From contig JBCCXZ010000050.1 of assembly GCA_039190745.1 (NCBI GenBank), forward strand, positions 1 through 30,505: a stretch of 30,505 nucleotides of DNA. The letters run 5' to 3'. Position numbers and translations under genes: made by a program. Source of the stretch: Planctomycetota bacterium. Lineage in GTDB: Bacteria > Planctomycetota > Planctomycetia > Pirellulales > Lacipirellulaceae. Positions 19,957 to 28,187 of the stretch are shown piece after piece (the stretch's first letter is position 1; each line of letters starts with the position of its first letter). The notes below the pieces were generated by a model. That model had not been told where the DNA came from. It searched no databases and saw only the letters and a list, made by a program, of their open reading frames with translations.

Positions 19957-20952
19957 TCAAGCAAGCACCCCCTCAATCGCAGCCAATTCATCCGGCAAGA
20001 ACCGCGGCCTCTCCCGGCACTTCAGGTTCGCCAAGAGCTGCTCCACCGAGCTCGCCCCGATGAGCACCGTAGTGATGCGGTCGTCCTTCAGCAGCCACGC
20101 CAGCGCCATCTGTGCGAGCGTCTGGCCGCGGCCCTGGGCGATGTCGTTCAGCCGGCGGACCTTGTCGAGCACCTCCGGCGTGACCGAGTCTTCCTGCAAG
20201 AAACCGTGCGGCTTGGCGGCCCGCGAGTCTTCGGGCACGCCGCCCAGGTAGCGGTCGGTCAACAGGCCCTGCGCCAGCGGCGAGAAGGGGATGCACCCGG
20301 CGCCCGTCTCGGCGAGCACGTCCAGCAGGCCGCCCTCGACCCACCGCTCGAACATCGAGTACTTCGGCTGGTGGATCAGCAGCGGGCAGCCCATTTCTCG
20401 CAGCAGCCGGGCCGCCTCGCGCGTCTCGTCTGGGCCGTAGTTCGAGACGCCCGCGTAGAGCGCCTTGCCCTGTTGCACCGCCGTGGCGAGCGCGCCCATA
20501 GTCTCTTCCAGCGGCGTCTCCGGGTCGGGTCGGTGCGAGTAGAAGATGTCGACGTAGTCGAGCCCCATCCGCGTGAGGCTCTGGTCGAGGCTCGCCAGCA
20601 GGTACTTCCGTGAGCCCCAGTCGCCGTAAGGGCCAGGCCACATCGTGTAGCCCGCCTTGCTGGAGACGATCAGCTCGTCGCGGTGCGTGCGCAGCTGCTC
20701 GCGGAGGATCTTGCCGAAGGTCGTCTCCGACGAACCCGGGGGCGGGCCGTAGTTATTTGCCAGATCGAAGTGCGTCACCCCCCGGTCGAACGCCGCGAGC
20801 ACGATGTCGCGGCACGTGGCGTAGCGGTCGACTTCGCCGAAATTGTGCCACAACCCGAGCGAGATCGCCGGCAATTTGAGGCCGCTCCGGCCGCAGCGGC
20901 GGTAGTCGATGTGTTCGTAACGGTCGTCGGCGGGTCGGTGGGGGTGGTTCAT
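19957..20952 (-). CDS. aldo/keto reductase (YghZ/Gpr, L-glyceraldehyde-3-phosphate reductase type)
   Basis: YRRCGRSGLKLPAISLGLWHNFG, THFDLANNYGPPPGS, SSKAGYTMWPGPYG, DIFYSHRPD, FSPLAQGLL. Confidence 0.95.
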   Translation of the reverse strand: MNHPHRPADDRYEHIDYRRCGRSGLKLPAISLGLWHNFGEVDRYATCRDIVLAAFDRGVTHFDLANNYGPPPGSSETTFGKILREQLRTHRDELIVSSKAGYTMWPGPYGDWGSRKYLLASLDQSLTRMGLDYVDIFYSHRPDPETPLEETMGALATAVQQGKALYAGVSNYGPDETREAARLLREMGCPLLIHQPKYSMFERWVEGGLLDVLAETGAGCIPFSPLAQGLLTDRYLGGVPEDSRAAKPHGFLQEDSVTPEVLDKVRRLNDIAQGRGQTLAQMALAWLLKDDRITTVLIGASSVEQLLANLKCRERPRFLPDELAAIEGVLA

Positions 20953-21056
20953 CTGTGGTGACGGCGTCTGGTAGGCTGCGGTTGGCGAGAGTCTGAGCCG
21001 CCCAGGACAGGGCGGACCATCATTCTATCGGAACACCCAGCGCACAGGACCTACCA

Positions 21057-21488
21057 TTGCAACCCTCCACCGCTTTCCGATTGGTCCTGATGCTCTCGCT
21101 CGCTTCGGCCCTGGTGGGCACGGTGTTCATCGCTCAGCGGGAGTCGCTGCTCCCCTCCGGGCTGATCGAATACCTCGCCGAAGCCGCCCCCGACCCCGAA
21201 GCCCCGCCGACCACCAAGCAGAGGGCCGCCCGATACGCCGGCACAGGATTCCTCATCGCGTACCTCGCCGTAATCGCAGGTATGTTTTTCTTCAAGAAGT
21301 GGGCGAGGCCCGTGGGGCTCCTCGTCACGGCGACGAGCTTCATCGTTCACCCGCTCAACGGCCCGATCATCGACTCCGGCTGGGGCGTGCTGTTCTTCGA
21401 TCTTGCCAGCGTCCTCTGGGGGGCGATGCTCGCGATGAGCTACTGCCCGCCGTGCAGCGGCTTGTTTGCGAAGGAACCTAACGCTTAG
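21057..21488 (+). CDS. hypothetical membrane protein
   Basis: About 4 hydrophobic segments, GMFFFKKWAR; TTG start uncertain. Confidence 0.7.
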   Translation: MQPSTAFRLVLMLSLASALVGTVFIAQRESLLPSGLIEYLAEAAPDPEAPPTTKQRAARYAGTGFLIAYLAVIAGMFFFKKWARPVGLLVTATSFIVHPLNGPIIDSGWGVLFFDLASVLWGAMLAMSYCPPCSGLFAKEPNA

Positions 21489-21562
21489 CGACCGCGTCAC
21501 AGGGAAGAACGGACAAGAACGACGAACCTCAGTCGCCGTCCGGGAGTGAGGACCGAGTAGGA

Positions 21563-21922
21563 GTGAGAAGCGTGAAGGGTATCCCCGAGAACCCGGCATT
21601 CAGCGAAGCCGTCCGCTACTGGGAGCCGCGGCGGCTTCTCTACAACGCCGCGTTGGCGGCGGTCGTTCTCTTCAACGCCCTCAGCGGCTTGCCCGCTTCG
21701 ATGGCACTCTTGAGTGTCGATCTGGTTCTCACAGTGTGTCTTCTGGCGGTCATCGCGAATATGGTTTACTGCGCGGCGTACCCGGTCGACGTCTTCCTGC
21801 AGTACACGGCTTACGCCGACACATGGCGACGGAGGCGGGGCGTTCTCCTGGCCATCGGCCTGCTGACGGCGATGATACTCACCAGGTTCGTGGCGATGGA
21901 CATGTTCGATCCGGAGGTTTAG
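21563..21922 (+). CDS. hypothetical membrane protein (YWEPRR..YN motif)
   Basis: 3 TM segments; AGGAG at 21559-21563 favours the alternative GTG at 21572. Confidence 0.72.
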   Translation: MRSVKGIPENPAFSEAVRYWEPRRLLYNAALAAVVLFNALSGLPASMALLSVDLVLTVCLLAVIANMVYCAAYPVDVFLQYTAYADTWRRRRGVLLAIGLLTAMILTRFVAMDMFDPEV

Positions 21923-21965
21923 CGCCTTCGAGCAACTCCAACCCACAACCAACAAGGAACCGATC

Positions 21966-22295
21966 ATGGGGTGGCTCTGGCTGCTCGGCTCCATCGTCTG
22001 TGAAGTCATCGGCACGACCTTCCTGAAGCTCGCCTCCGACGGCGGCAAGCACTCGGGGTGGTACTCGGCGGGGGTGGTCGTCTTCTACGTCGTTTGCTTC
22101 GCGCTGCTCGGCGGGGCGATGAAGCACTTCTCGCTCAGCACGGTCTACGCCACCTGGTCTGGCCTGGGCGTTTCCTTGCTCGCGGTCATCGGCGTGGTCG
22201 CTTTTGGCGACCAAATCAATCCGCTGAAGATCCTCTCACTCATCCTGGTGGTCGCCGGCGTCGTGGGGCTCAACATGAGCGGCGTATCGCACTAA
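21966..22295 (+). CDS. small multidrug resistance (SMR) family transporter
   Basis: 109 aa, 4 TM, conserved Glu in CEVIGTTFLK, STVYATWSGLG, GVVGLN. Confidence 0.93.
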   Translation: MGWLWLLGSIVCEVIGTTFLKLASDGGKHSGWYSAGVVVFYVVCFALLGGAMKHFSLSTVYATWSGLGVSLLAVIGVVAFGDQINPLKILSLILVVAGVVGLNMSGVSH

Positions 22296-22400
22296 ACGGC
22301 GTCCAGCGGCCGCTTCCGCCTTCCCGGCAAGAATCAGTGGGCGGCGGCGAATAACCAAAAATGAAGCCATTCGTCCGCCGCACAGCCTACACTGCGACTC

Positions 22401-22826
22401 ATGAGCTCGATCAATTTCACAGCCGGCTCAACCGGGGCCACGGCCGCACAGATCGCCGCCGAAGAACAGCGCCGGCAGCACGAAGAAGAGGAAGAGATGA
22501 CTCCCTACAGCCCCGAAGACCTCAACGACGACTGGGAGTTCAAGATCCTCCGCTCCGCGACCAGCGCCTTCAAGAAGCCCGAGAAGCTCAGGGAGGTCCT
22601 CGATGAAGAGGCCCGCGCCGGTTGGATGCTAGTCGAGAAGTTCGACGACCAACGCGTCCGGCTCAAGCGCCCCGCTTCTGCCAGGAGCAACGATCGAAGC
22701 CTCGGCTTCGACCCGTACCGAACGCAGGTCGGCGTCTCGGGCGCAGCCGTGGCGATCACGATCGTCTGCGGAATCCTAGCCGCCATCATCGCCGTGGTGA
22801 TCGCGGTCGAGATGGTGAAAGGATAA
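22401..22826 (+). CDS. hypothetical protein, DUF4177-like motif plus C-terminal TM
   Basis: WEFKIL...VLDEEARAGWMLVE...LKRP; hydrophobic tail; TACACT 7 nt before the ATG. Confidence 0.7.
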   Translation: MSSINFTAGSTGATAAQIAAEEQRRQHEEEEEMTPYSPEDLNDDWEFKILRSATSAFKKPEKLREVLDEEARAGWMLVEKFDDQRVRLKRPASARSNDRSLGFDPYRTQVGVSGAAVAITIVCGILAAIIAVVIAVEMVKG

Positions 22827-22885
22827 GCGTGCCCGGCCTGGGGTCCCACTCACCCAATCCTTTTCCGCTGTCAACCAACTCGGCA

Positions 22886-23971
22886 CTACTGAAGCACCCA
22901 ACGCTCCGCGATCCGCTCGCACGCGCCCGGGTCGGGGTCGTCCGCCTCGCAGTTCATCAGCACCGCCACGGCAGAAAGCGAATCGGGGTACACCATCAGC
23001 CGCAGGCGGAAGCCCCGCGTGCTGCCGCTGTGCCACACACGGGGCCGGCCCTGGTGCTCGTCGATGAACCAGCCGTAGCCATACGCCCGCGGCGTATCGT
23101 CGGTCCCGCGGGTCGACTGCACGTGTGGCGCAAACATCCGGTCGCGCAGCGGCTGCCGGAACAGCTCGTTCTGCCCCAGCCCGCCCAGCCACTTCTCCAA
23201 GTCGTCGACCGACGAGTACACCGTGCCGTCGCCCCGCACGGCACTGGTCAGACTCTGGTCTTCGGTCACCCAGGCGCCGCCCCGCTTCACGTGGCCGAAG
23301 GCGCGGTGCGGCACTTGGTTCAGCCCGCGCTGGAAGACGCAGGAGCCCTCCATCCCCAGCCGATTGAATATTTGCTTACGCATGAACGCATGGAACGCCT
23401 CGCCGCTGGCCTGCTCCACGACCAGCCCCAGCAGCACGTAGCCGGAGTTGGAGTACTCCCACTTCTCGCCCGCGGACAACTTCGCCTCAGCCGCCCCCAA
23501 GAGCAGCTCCAGCACGTTCTGATCGTATAGCTGCAGCTTGGTCCCCTCGGGAACGAGGTCCTCGTAGTCCGCCAACCCCGAGGTGTGCGTCAGCAGCTGG
23601 TGCACCGAGATGTCGGACCAGTACGCCGGGGCGCCGGGGAAGAACTCGTCCAGCGTATCGTCGACCGAGAGCAGGCCTCGCTCGGCCGCGATCAGCACCG
23701 CCGCGGCCGTGAACTGTTTGCTCACCGACGCCAAACGAAAATTCGTCTGAGGCGTGCAGGGCTCGCCCCCCTCGATCTGAGTTACGCCGTAACCCGCTTT
23801 GAGAACGGTCTCCCCGTCGCGGATCACCAGCACGGCTGCGCCGACGTGTTCGGGGAGCATCGCCCCGATCTCGGCCTCAAGGTCGGTCGCATGGGAAACG
23901 GCCGTGGGGCAGGCCACGAACAAAATAGCAACTAACGCAAACGAGCTTTTCACGGCGGCGACCTCAAACAT
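22886..23971 (-). CDS. serine hydrolase, beta-lactamase class C/PBP-like
   Basis: SxxK (LASVSK), LLTHTSG, YxN (YSN), HSG; signal peptide. Start placed at ATG 23971 because GTG 23983 lies inside the REP. Confidence 0.92.
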   Translation of the reverse strand: MFEVAAVKSSFALVAILFVACPTAVSHATDLEAEIGAMLPEHVGAAVLVIRDGETVLKAGYGVTQIEGGEPCTPQTNFRLASVSKQFTAAAVLIAAERGLLSVDDTLDEFFPGAPAYWSDISVHQLLTHTSGLADYEDLVPEGTKLQLYDQNVLELLLGAAEAKLSAGEKWEYSNSGYVLLGLVVEQASGEAFHAFMRKQIFNRLGMEGSCVFQRGLNQVPHRAFGHVKRGGAWVTEDQSLTSAVRGDGTVYSSVDDLEKWLGGLGQNELFRQPLRDRMFAPHVQSTRGTDDTPRAYGYGWFIDEHQGRPRVWHSGSTRGFRLRLMVYPDSLSAVAVLMNCEADDPDPGACERIAERWVLQ

Positions 23972-23972
23972 C

Positions 23973-24052
23973 TCGGGTGGCACTGCTGGCTAGTCCAGCA
24001 GTGTAGCCAGAGGTCTAACGCACTTTGTACAGCCGGACAAGCCAGCAGCGCC
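23973..24052. repeat. inverted REP pair (REPIN-like), copy 2
   Basis: GGGTGG-CACTGCTGG-CTAGT-CCAGCAGTG hairpin, then the inverted degenerate partner GCCGGACAAGCCAGCAGCGCC (24032-24052). Confidence 0.72.
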
Positions 24053-24057
24053 GAGCA

Positions 24058-24744
24058 TCAGGCGTCCACCACCCAGGTCCCCGCGAGCAGGTCGTGCAGG
24101 CACCGCTTCTCCGGGTGGAACAGAATCCACACGTTGTCGGCCAGCGCAAAGAACGGCACCCAGCCCAGCAGCGCGGTCACCCAATACCGCATCACCACGC
24201 CCCGCAGGAAGCCGGGCGGCTCGCCGTTCTCCAGCACCACCTTGGTGAACATCGCGTACTTGCCCAGCGTGCGGCCCGATTCGGCCGTGAGCATCCACTG
24301 CACCAGCACCAACGCGAAGACGGGGAACAGGATCAGGATCGCCTGCGTGGAGGACATGTCGCTGCTGCCGGTTTCGGCGAAGTTGATCGGCTCGTAGAAG
24401 TGAGCGAGCACCAGCCCCACGAACCCCGCCGCGAACATCGCCGCCGCATCGATCAGCACGCCGACCAGCCGCTTGATCCGCGAGGCGTAGTGCATTGTCG
24501 GCCGCGTGTAAGCGCTAGCCGGCTTCTTGGCGGCTTCCACTTGGGCGACCGCCTGCTGCTGAGCCGCCTGCTCCGCCTGAAAGTTCCGGCCCCGTTCGAG
24601 GTTTTCCGGCGTCGGCTCGGGCACAGTCACAGTGGCGCCGCACGCAACGCAAGGCGTCTCGCCGCCCATCGCGTGCTCGGGGGCGCAGGTCTCGTGCCAA
24701 CAAGTCGTGCAGCGGAAGGCGATCAGGCGTGCGGATTGGCTCAT
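24058..24744 (-). CDS. RDD family membrane protein with N-terminal zinc ribbon
   Basis: CTTC..CVAC, YASRIKRLVGVLID, GRTLGK, KRCLHDLLAGTWVV. Confidence 0.88.
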   Translation of the reverse strand: MSQSARLIAFRCTTCWHETCAPEHAMGGETPCVACGATVTVPEPTPENLERGRNFQAEQAAQQQAVAQVEAAKKPASAYTRPTMHYASRIKRLVGVLIDAAAMFAAGFVGLVLAHFYEPINFAETGSSDMSSTQAILILFPVFALVLVQWMLTAESGRTLGKYAMFTKVVLENGEPPGFLRGVVMRYWVTALLGWVPFFALADNVWILFHPEKRCLHDLLAGTWVVDA

Positions 24745-24913
24745 CGCAATGGGCCCGTCGAGGTCGGAAGGTGTCAGACCGAAACGTCCTAAAACCGTAC
24801 CCCGCACCGATCGCCCGCTGCGGGCACGCCCCGGCCGCAAGGGGATCGCCGCCGACCACGCGGCCACGCAACCCAGACACTCGGCACAAGCGGCCCTCGG
24901 CCGCGGCGTTCAT

Positions 24914-25459
24914 TTACGCCGCCGACCCCTTGCTTTGCGTCGCGCAGGAACCGCTCACCTGATTCCAAGGCATCCGCGCCAGCACCATCGCCATGCCGCA
25001 GGTGTCGGTGACGCCCGAGAACACCAGCCCCGCGCCCACGAACCCGGCGAGCCCCAGCCACGCCGGGTGGACCGCCGCTCCCAGTACCACGCCCGTCAGC
25101 ACCAGCGACCCCGCCGAGATGCGCACCTGACGCTCCAGCGAGATGGTCTTCTTGCCCCGGGCTAGCTGAAGCCCCGCTGCCTCGCAGGCCAGGGTGCCGC
25201 CCTCGACGTTCGCCACGCCGGCCACGCCTGTTTCAAGCAACGCCTGCTGCGCCTTCCCGCCCCGCCCGCCGCTGCGGCAGATCACGCATACGCCTTCGCG
25301 GCCCGCGAACTCCGCCGGGTCGAGCCGGTCGAGCGGCACGTTGATCGCTCCCTGCACGTGCACCTCGCGGAACTCCGCCGGGGTGCGCACATCCACCAGC
25401 AGCGTGTTGTGATCCTTGAGGCGCTCACGCAGTGTTTCGGGACGGATCTGTTCGGCCAT
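24914..25459 (-). CDS. membrane rhodanese (YgaP-like, rhodanese plus DUF2892)
   Basis: VDVRTPAEF, active loop ICRSGGR, SLERQVRI, SGVTDTCGMAMVLARMPWN. Confidence 0.92.
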   Translation of the reverse strand: MAEQIRPETLRERLKDHNTLLVDVRTPAEFREVHVQGAINVPLDRLDPAEFAGREGVCVICRSGGRGGKAQQALLETGVAGVANVEGGTLACEAAGLQLARGKKTISLERQVRISAGSLVLTGVVLGAAVHPAWLGLAGFVGAGLVFSGVTDTCGMAMVLARMPWNQVSGSCATQSKGSAA

Positions 25460-25553
25460 GTTGGCATCCTCCGGTGAAGCGGCGCCGCAGGTCGGTTCGC
25501 CTGGAACTGACGATATGACTGCCGAAAAATAAAGGGGGTGCTCCGGTCGTCGC

Positions 25554-25898
25554 CTAACCCTTGCCGAACCGGCCCTCGATGCACTCCATGATGTTCGCTA
25601 GGTGCGGCTCGGCCACGCCGTAGTACACCCGCCGGCCCTCCTTGCGGCTGTTGAGCAGCCCGGTGCGCTGCATCAGCCGCAGGTGCTCGCTGGCCATGTG
25701 GCTCGGCAGACCGCACGCCTCGGCCAGCTCGCCGACGGCGTACTCGCCCTGCAGCAGCATCTGCACCATCCGCAGACGGTGCGGGTGTGCGAGCGTCTTC
25801 AGGCACTCCGCGGCTTGGCCCATCGCCTCAAGGCCGGTGAGCCGGAGCCGCTTGCCGCCCTTCTTCTTGGCCGGTTTGGCGGTGCGTTTGGCGATCAT
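25554..25898 (-). CDS. ArsR/SmtB family repressor (YgaV/BigR-like context)
   Basis: LKTLAHPHRLRM, VGELAE, SEHLRLM, RKEGRRVYY; ATG 25898. Confidence 0.92.
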   Translation of the reverse strand: MIAKRTAKPAKKKGGKRLRLTGLEAMGQAAECLKTLAHPHRLRMVQMLLQGEYAVGELAEACGLPSHMASEHLRLMQRTGLLNSRKEGRRVYYGVAEPHLANIMECIEGRFGKG

Positions 25899-25904
25899 TA
25901 TCCA

Positions 25905-25932
25905 AATATATCGGAATCCATCGACATGTCCA
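25905..25932 (-). promoter_or_regulatory. promoter of the ArsR gene with an overlapping inverted-repeat operator
   Basis: Minus strand TGGACA-N16-TATATT-N6-ATG; inverted repeat ATATATCG-N8-CGACATGT (25906-25929, 6/8 paired). Confidence 0.6.
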
Positions 25933-26006
25933 TCCAAGAACAAACCGCGATAATGGCTTCGAAGACGGCCGAAAGCACGAGGCGGTAACCAACAGGCGTT
26001 GACACG

Positions 26007-26141
26007 ATGTTCGATCCACCAGGCGGCCTGGGTACTCCTTTCAGCTCCAACCTGGCAGACGGCCCAGGGTGTTTGTGGCACGTTATTGTCATCTGCTTTG
26101 TCCTCCTGGGCGTCATGGGATTCTTGAAGTGGATGTCGTGA
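26007..26141 (+). CDS. putative 44-aa membrane microprotein
   Basis: Manual translation MFDPPGGLGTPFSSNLADGPGCLWHVIVICFVLLGVMGFLKWMS*; one clean TM helix; below the ORF-track cutoff. Confidence 0.45.
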   Translation: MFDPPGGLGTPFSSNLADGPGCLWHVIVICFVLLGVMGFLKWMS

Positions 26142-26323
26142 TTCCCGGCTGCGGGAAGCACATCGCTAACGGCCGGTTTGATTGCCTGTTTGATACTCCT
26201 ACAAGCGGTCGTTGGCCGCTTCTAGCGTCTAGGTCATTCTGAGCTTATCGTGGCGATGGGCAGCGTTCGCGGCGCGACCGCTCAATCGACTCGAATCGTT
26301 TGCGGGAGAGGCGAAACCCAGAA

Positions 26324-27439
26324 ATGGTCTGGAAGAAGGGACAACGAATCCCCACCAACGTGATCGTCGGCTTCCTCGGTTCGGGGAAGACAACCGCCAT
26401 CACGAAGCTGATCGAGCGCCGCGCCCCGGGCGAGCAGTGGTCGGTCCTGATCAACGAGTTCGGCGTCGTTTCGATCGACCACGCCATGGTGGACTCCAAC
26501 GCGGAAGGCGTCGCCGTCGAGGAGCTCGGCGGCGGGTGCGCCTGCTGCACGATGTCGCTGGTGTTCCAGCCCCTGCTCGCGCAGTTCATCCGCAAGACCA
26601 AGCCCGATCGGCTGATCCTGGAGCCCTCGGGCCTCAGCCACCCGGCCAAAGTCGTCGACATCCTCCGCGGGCCGAACTTCGCCAGCTCGATTGACCTCCG
26701 CAACATCATCTGCCTGATCGACCCGAAGGACTTCGACGACGTCCGCTGGCGCGAGACGGCCGTGTTCCAGGACCAGGTCCAGCTGGCAGACATCGTCGTC
26801 CTAAACTGGACCGACAGCCGCGACCGCGAGCTAATCGACCGCTGCCGCGAGTGGGTCGAGGGCTTCAACCCGCCGAAGCAGCTGATCGTGGAAACCAGCT
26901 TCGGCGAGATCGACCCGGCACTGCTGGACCAGCAGTTCGAAACGGTCCGCTTCCCGTTGTTCGAAGATGCCCACCCCGTGCCTGAGCCTATTCCAGCGCA
27001 GCCCCTTCAGGCACAGCCGAATCAGGCCGAGTTACCCGTCCTCGAATCGGCTTCCGACGAACACCAACACCACGAACACGGCCCGCACGACCACGCCGCG
27101 GACGACCCCGCCCGCCACCAGCAGCCCTCCCCCCGCCGCCCGGTGCGGTTCCAGAACAGCGACCCGGGATTCGACGCCTGCGGTTGGGTCTTCCACGTCG
27201 ACGATGTGTTCGACCGGGACGAGCTGCTCGACCTGTTGGGCTACGTGCACCCGATCGTGCGGCTGAAAGGCGTGTTCCGCTGCGACGACGACTGGTGGAC
27301 GATCAACCGGGCGAAAGACGGCACAAGCTACGCGCCGTCGGCCTACCGGCGTGACAGCCGGCTCGAGATCATCCTCGACCGCAAGACCTCGGGCTGGGAC
27401 GAGTTCGAAGCCAAGCTGATTGGGTGCTTGGCCGGATAG
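26324..27439 (+). CDS. COG0523/CobW family G3E GTPase metallochaperone
   Basis: GFLGSGKTT, INEFG, GGCACC, EPSG, His-rich insert, RLKGVF, DSRLEII. Confidence 0.93.
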   Translation: MVWKKGQRIPTNVIVGFLGSGKTTAITKLIERRAPGEQWSVLINEFGVVSIDHAMVDSNAEGVAVEELGGGCACCTMSLVFQPLLAQFIRKTKPDRLILEPSGLSHPAKVVDILRGPNFASSIDLRNIICLIDPKDFDDVRWRETAVFQDQVQLADIVVLNWTDSRDRELIDRCREWVEGFNPPKQLIVETSFGEIDPALLDQQFETVRFPLFEDAHPVPEPIPAQPLQAQPNQAELPVLESASDEHQHHEHGPHDHAADDPARHQQPSPRRPVRFQNSDPGFDACGWVFHVDDVFDRDELLDLLGYVHPIVRLKGVFRCDDDWWTINRAKDGTSYAPSAYRRDSRLEIILDRKTSGWDEFEAKLIGCLAG

Positions 27440-27475
27440 CAAACCGCGCTAAACGCCGCGGCGAACCGTCGCCTT

Positions 27476-28174
27476 TCACTCGGCAGCAGAGGCAATGAAC
27501 ACCACCGAAACCGGCTCGCCGCCCCTCGTCACTCCGTCTCCCGGAATCCTCGGCTCCCGCACCTCCGCAAGCCGCAAACCGCTATCGGCCAACAAGCGCT
27601 CCCAGCCCTGCATTGTTCGGAAGTACCACGGCGCAGGGTCGGTGAACGCCCCGTCGAACCCGGCCCACGAACCCTGCCGCCAGCCGTCCTCGTACGGCCC
27701 GTCGCCGCACGCGGTGCGCGGGTGCAGCGTCTGCACCACCAGCTTTCCGCCGGGGTTGAGCAGCGAAGCCGCAGCGCCGATCAGCCCTTCGACCGATTCC
27801 TTGCCGATCAACGAAAAGTTGCAAACCACCGCGTCCGCCCGCGCGTCGAGCTCACCGGCGATGATCGCCTCGTAGCTCATCACCCGGAACTCCCCGCCGC
27901 CGCCGGCTCGCGCCGCGTCGATGAGTTCGGGCACCGCGTCCACCCCCAGCACATCGACGCCGCGCTCCGCCAGCGCCCGGCAGAGCCACCCCTCGCCGCA
28001 CCCCACGTCGATCAGCGACCCCGGCGAACAACCAAGCACCGCGTCGACAACCGCCCGGTCGGTGCACAACTTCCGGCTCGCGATCTGCCCCCCGCGCACG
28101 GCGTTGGTCCAAGGCGCCGCGTTCTTGTGCCAAGAATCCACGATCTTCGCGTCGCTCAACGGGTCGATCGCCAT
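27476..28174 (-). CDS. class I SAM-dependent methyltransferase
   Basis: IDVGCGEGWL, GVDAVPELI, VVCNFSL, LNPGG, PWYFRT; ATG 28174. Confidence 0.9.
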   Translation of the reverse strand: MAIDPLSDAKIVDSWHKNAAPWTNAVRGGQIASRKLCTDRAVVDAVLGCSPGSLIDVGCGEGWLCRALAERGVDVLGVDAVPELIDAARAGGGGEFRVMSYEAIIAGELDARADAVVCNFSLIGKESVEGLIGAAASLLNPGGKLVVQTLHPRTACGDGPYEDGWRQGSWAGFDGAFTDPAPWYFRTMQGWERLLADSGLRLAEVREPRIPGDGVTRGGEPVSVVFIASAAE

Positions 28175-28187
28175 CCCGAGAACCTCG

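Noticed and set aside
26142..26323. Cobalamin riboswitch or Zur box upstream of the COG0523 gene
   Set aside because: Only a small hairpin (AAGCGGTC-GTT-GGCCGCTT) is visible; no B12-box core or convincing Zur palindrome.
27440..27476. Terminator GGCGA-ACCG-TCGCC-TTT and an AACGCCGCGGC 11-mer shared with the region after the rhodanese stop
   Set aside because: The stem is only 5 bp and the 11-mer could arise by chance at this GC content.
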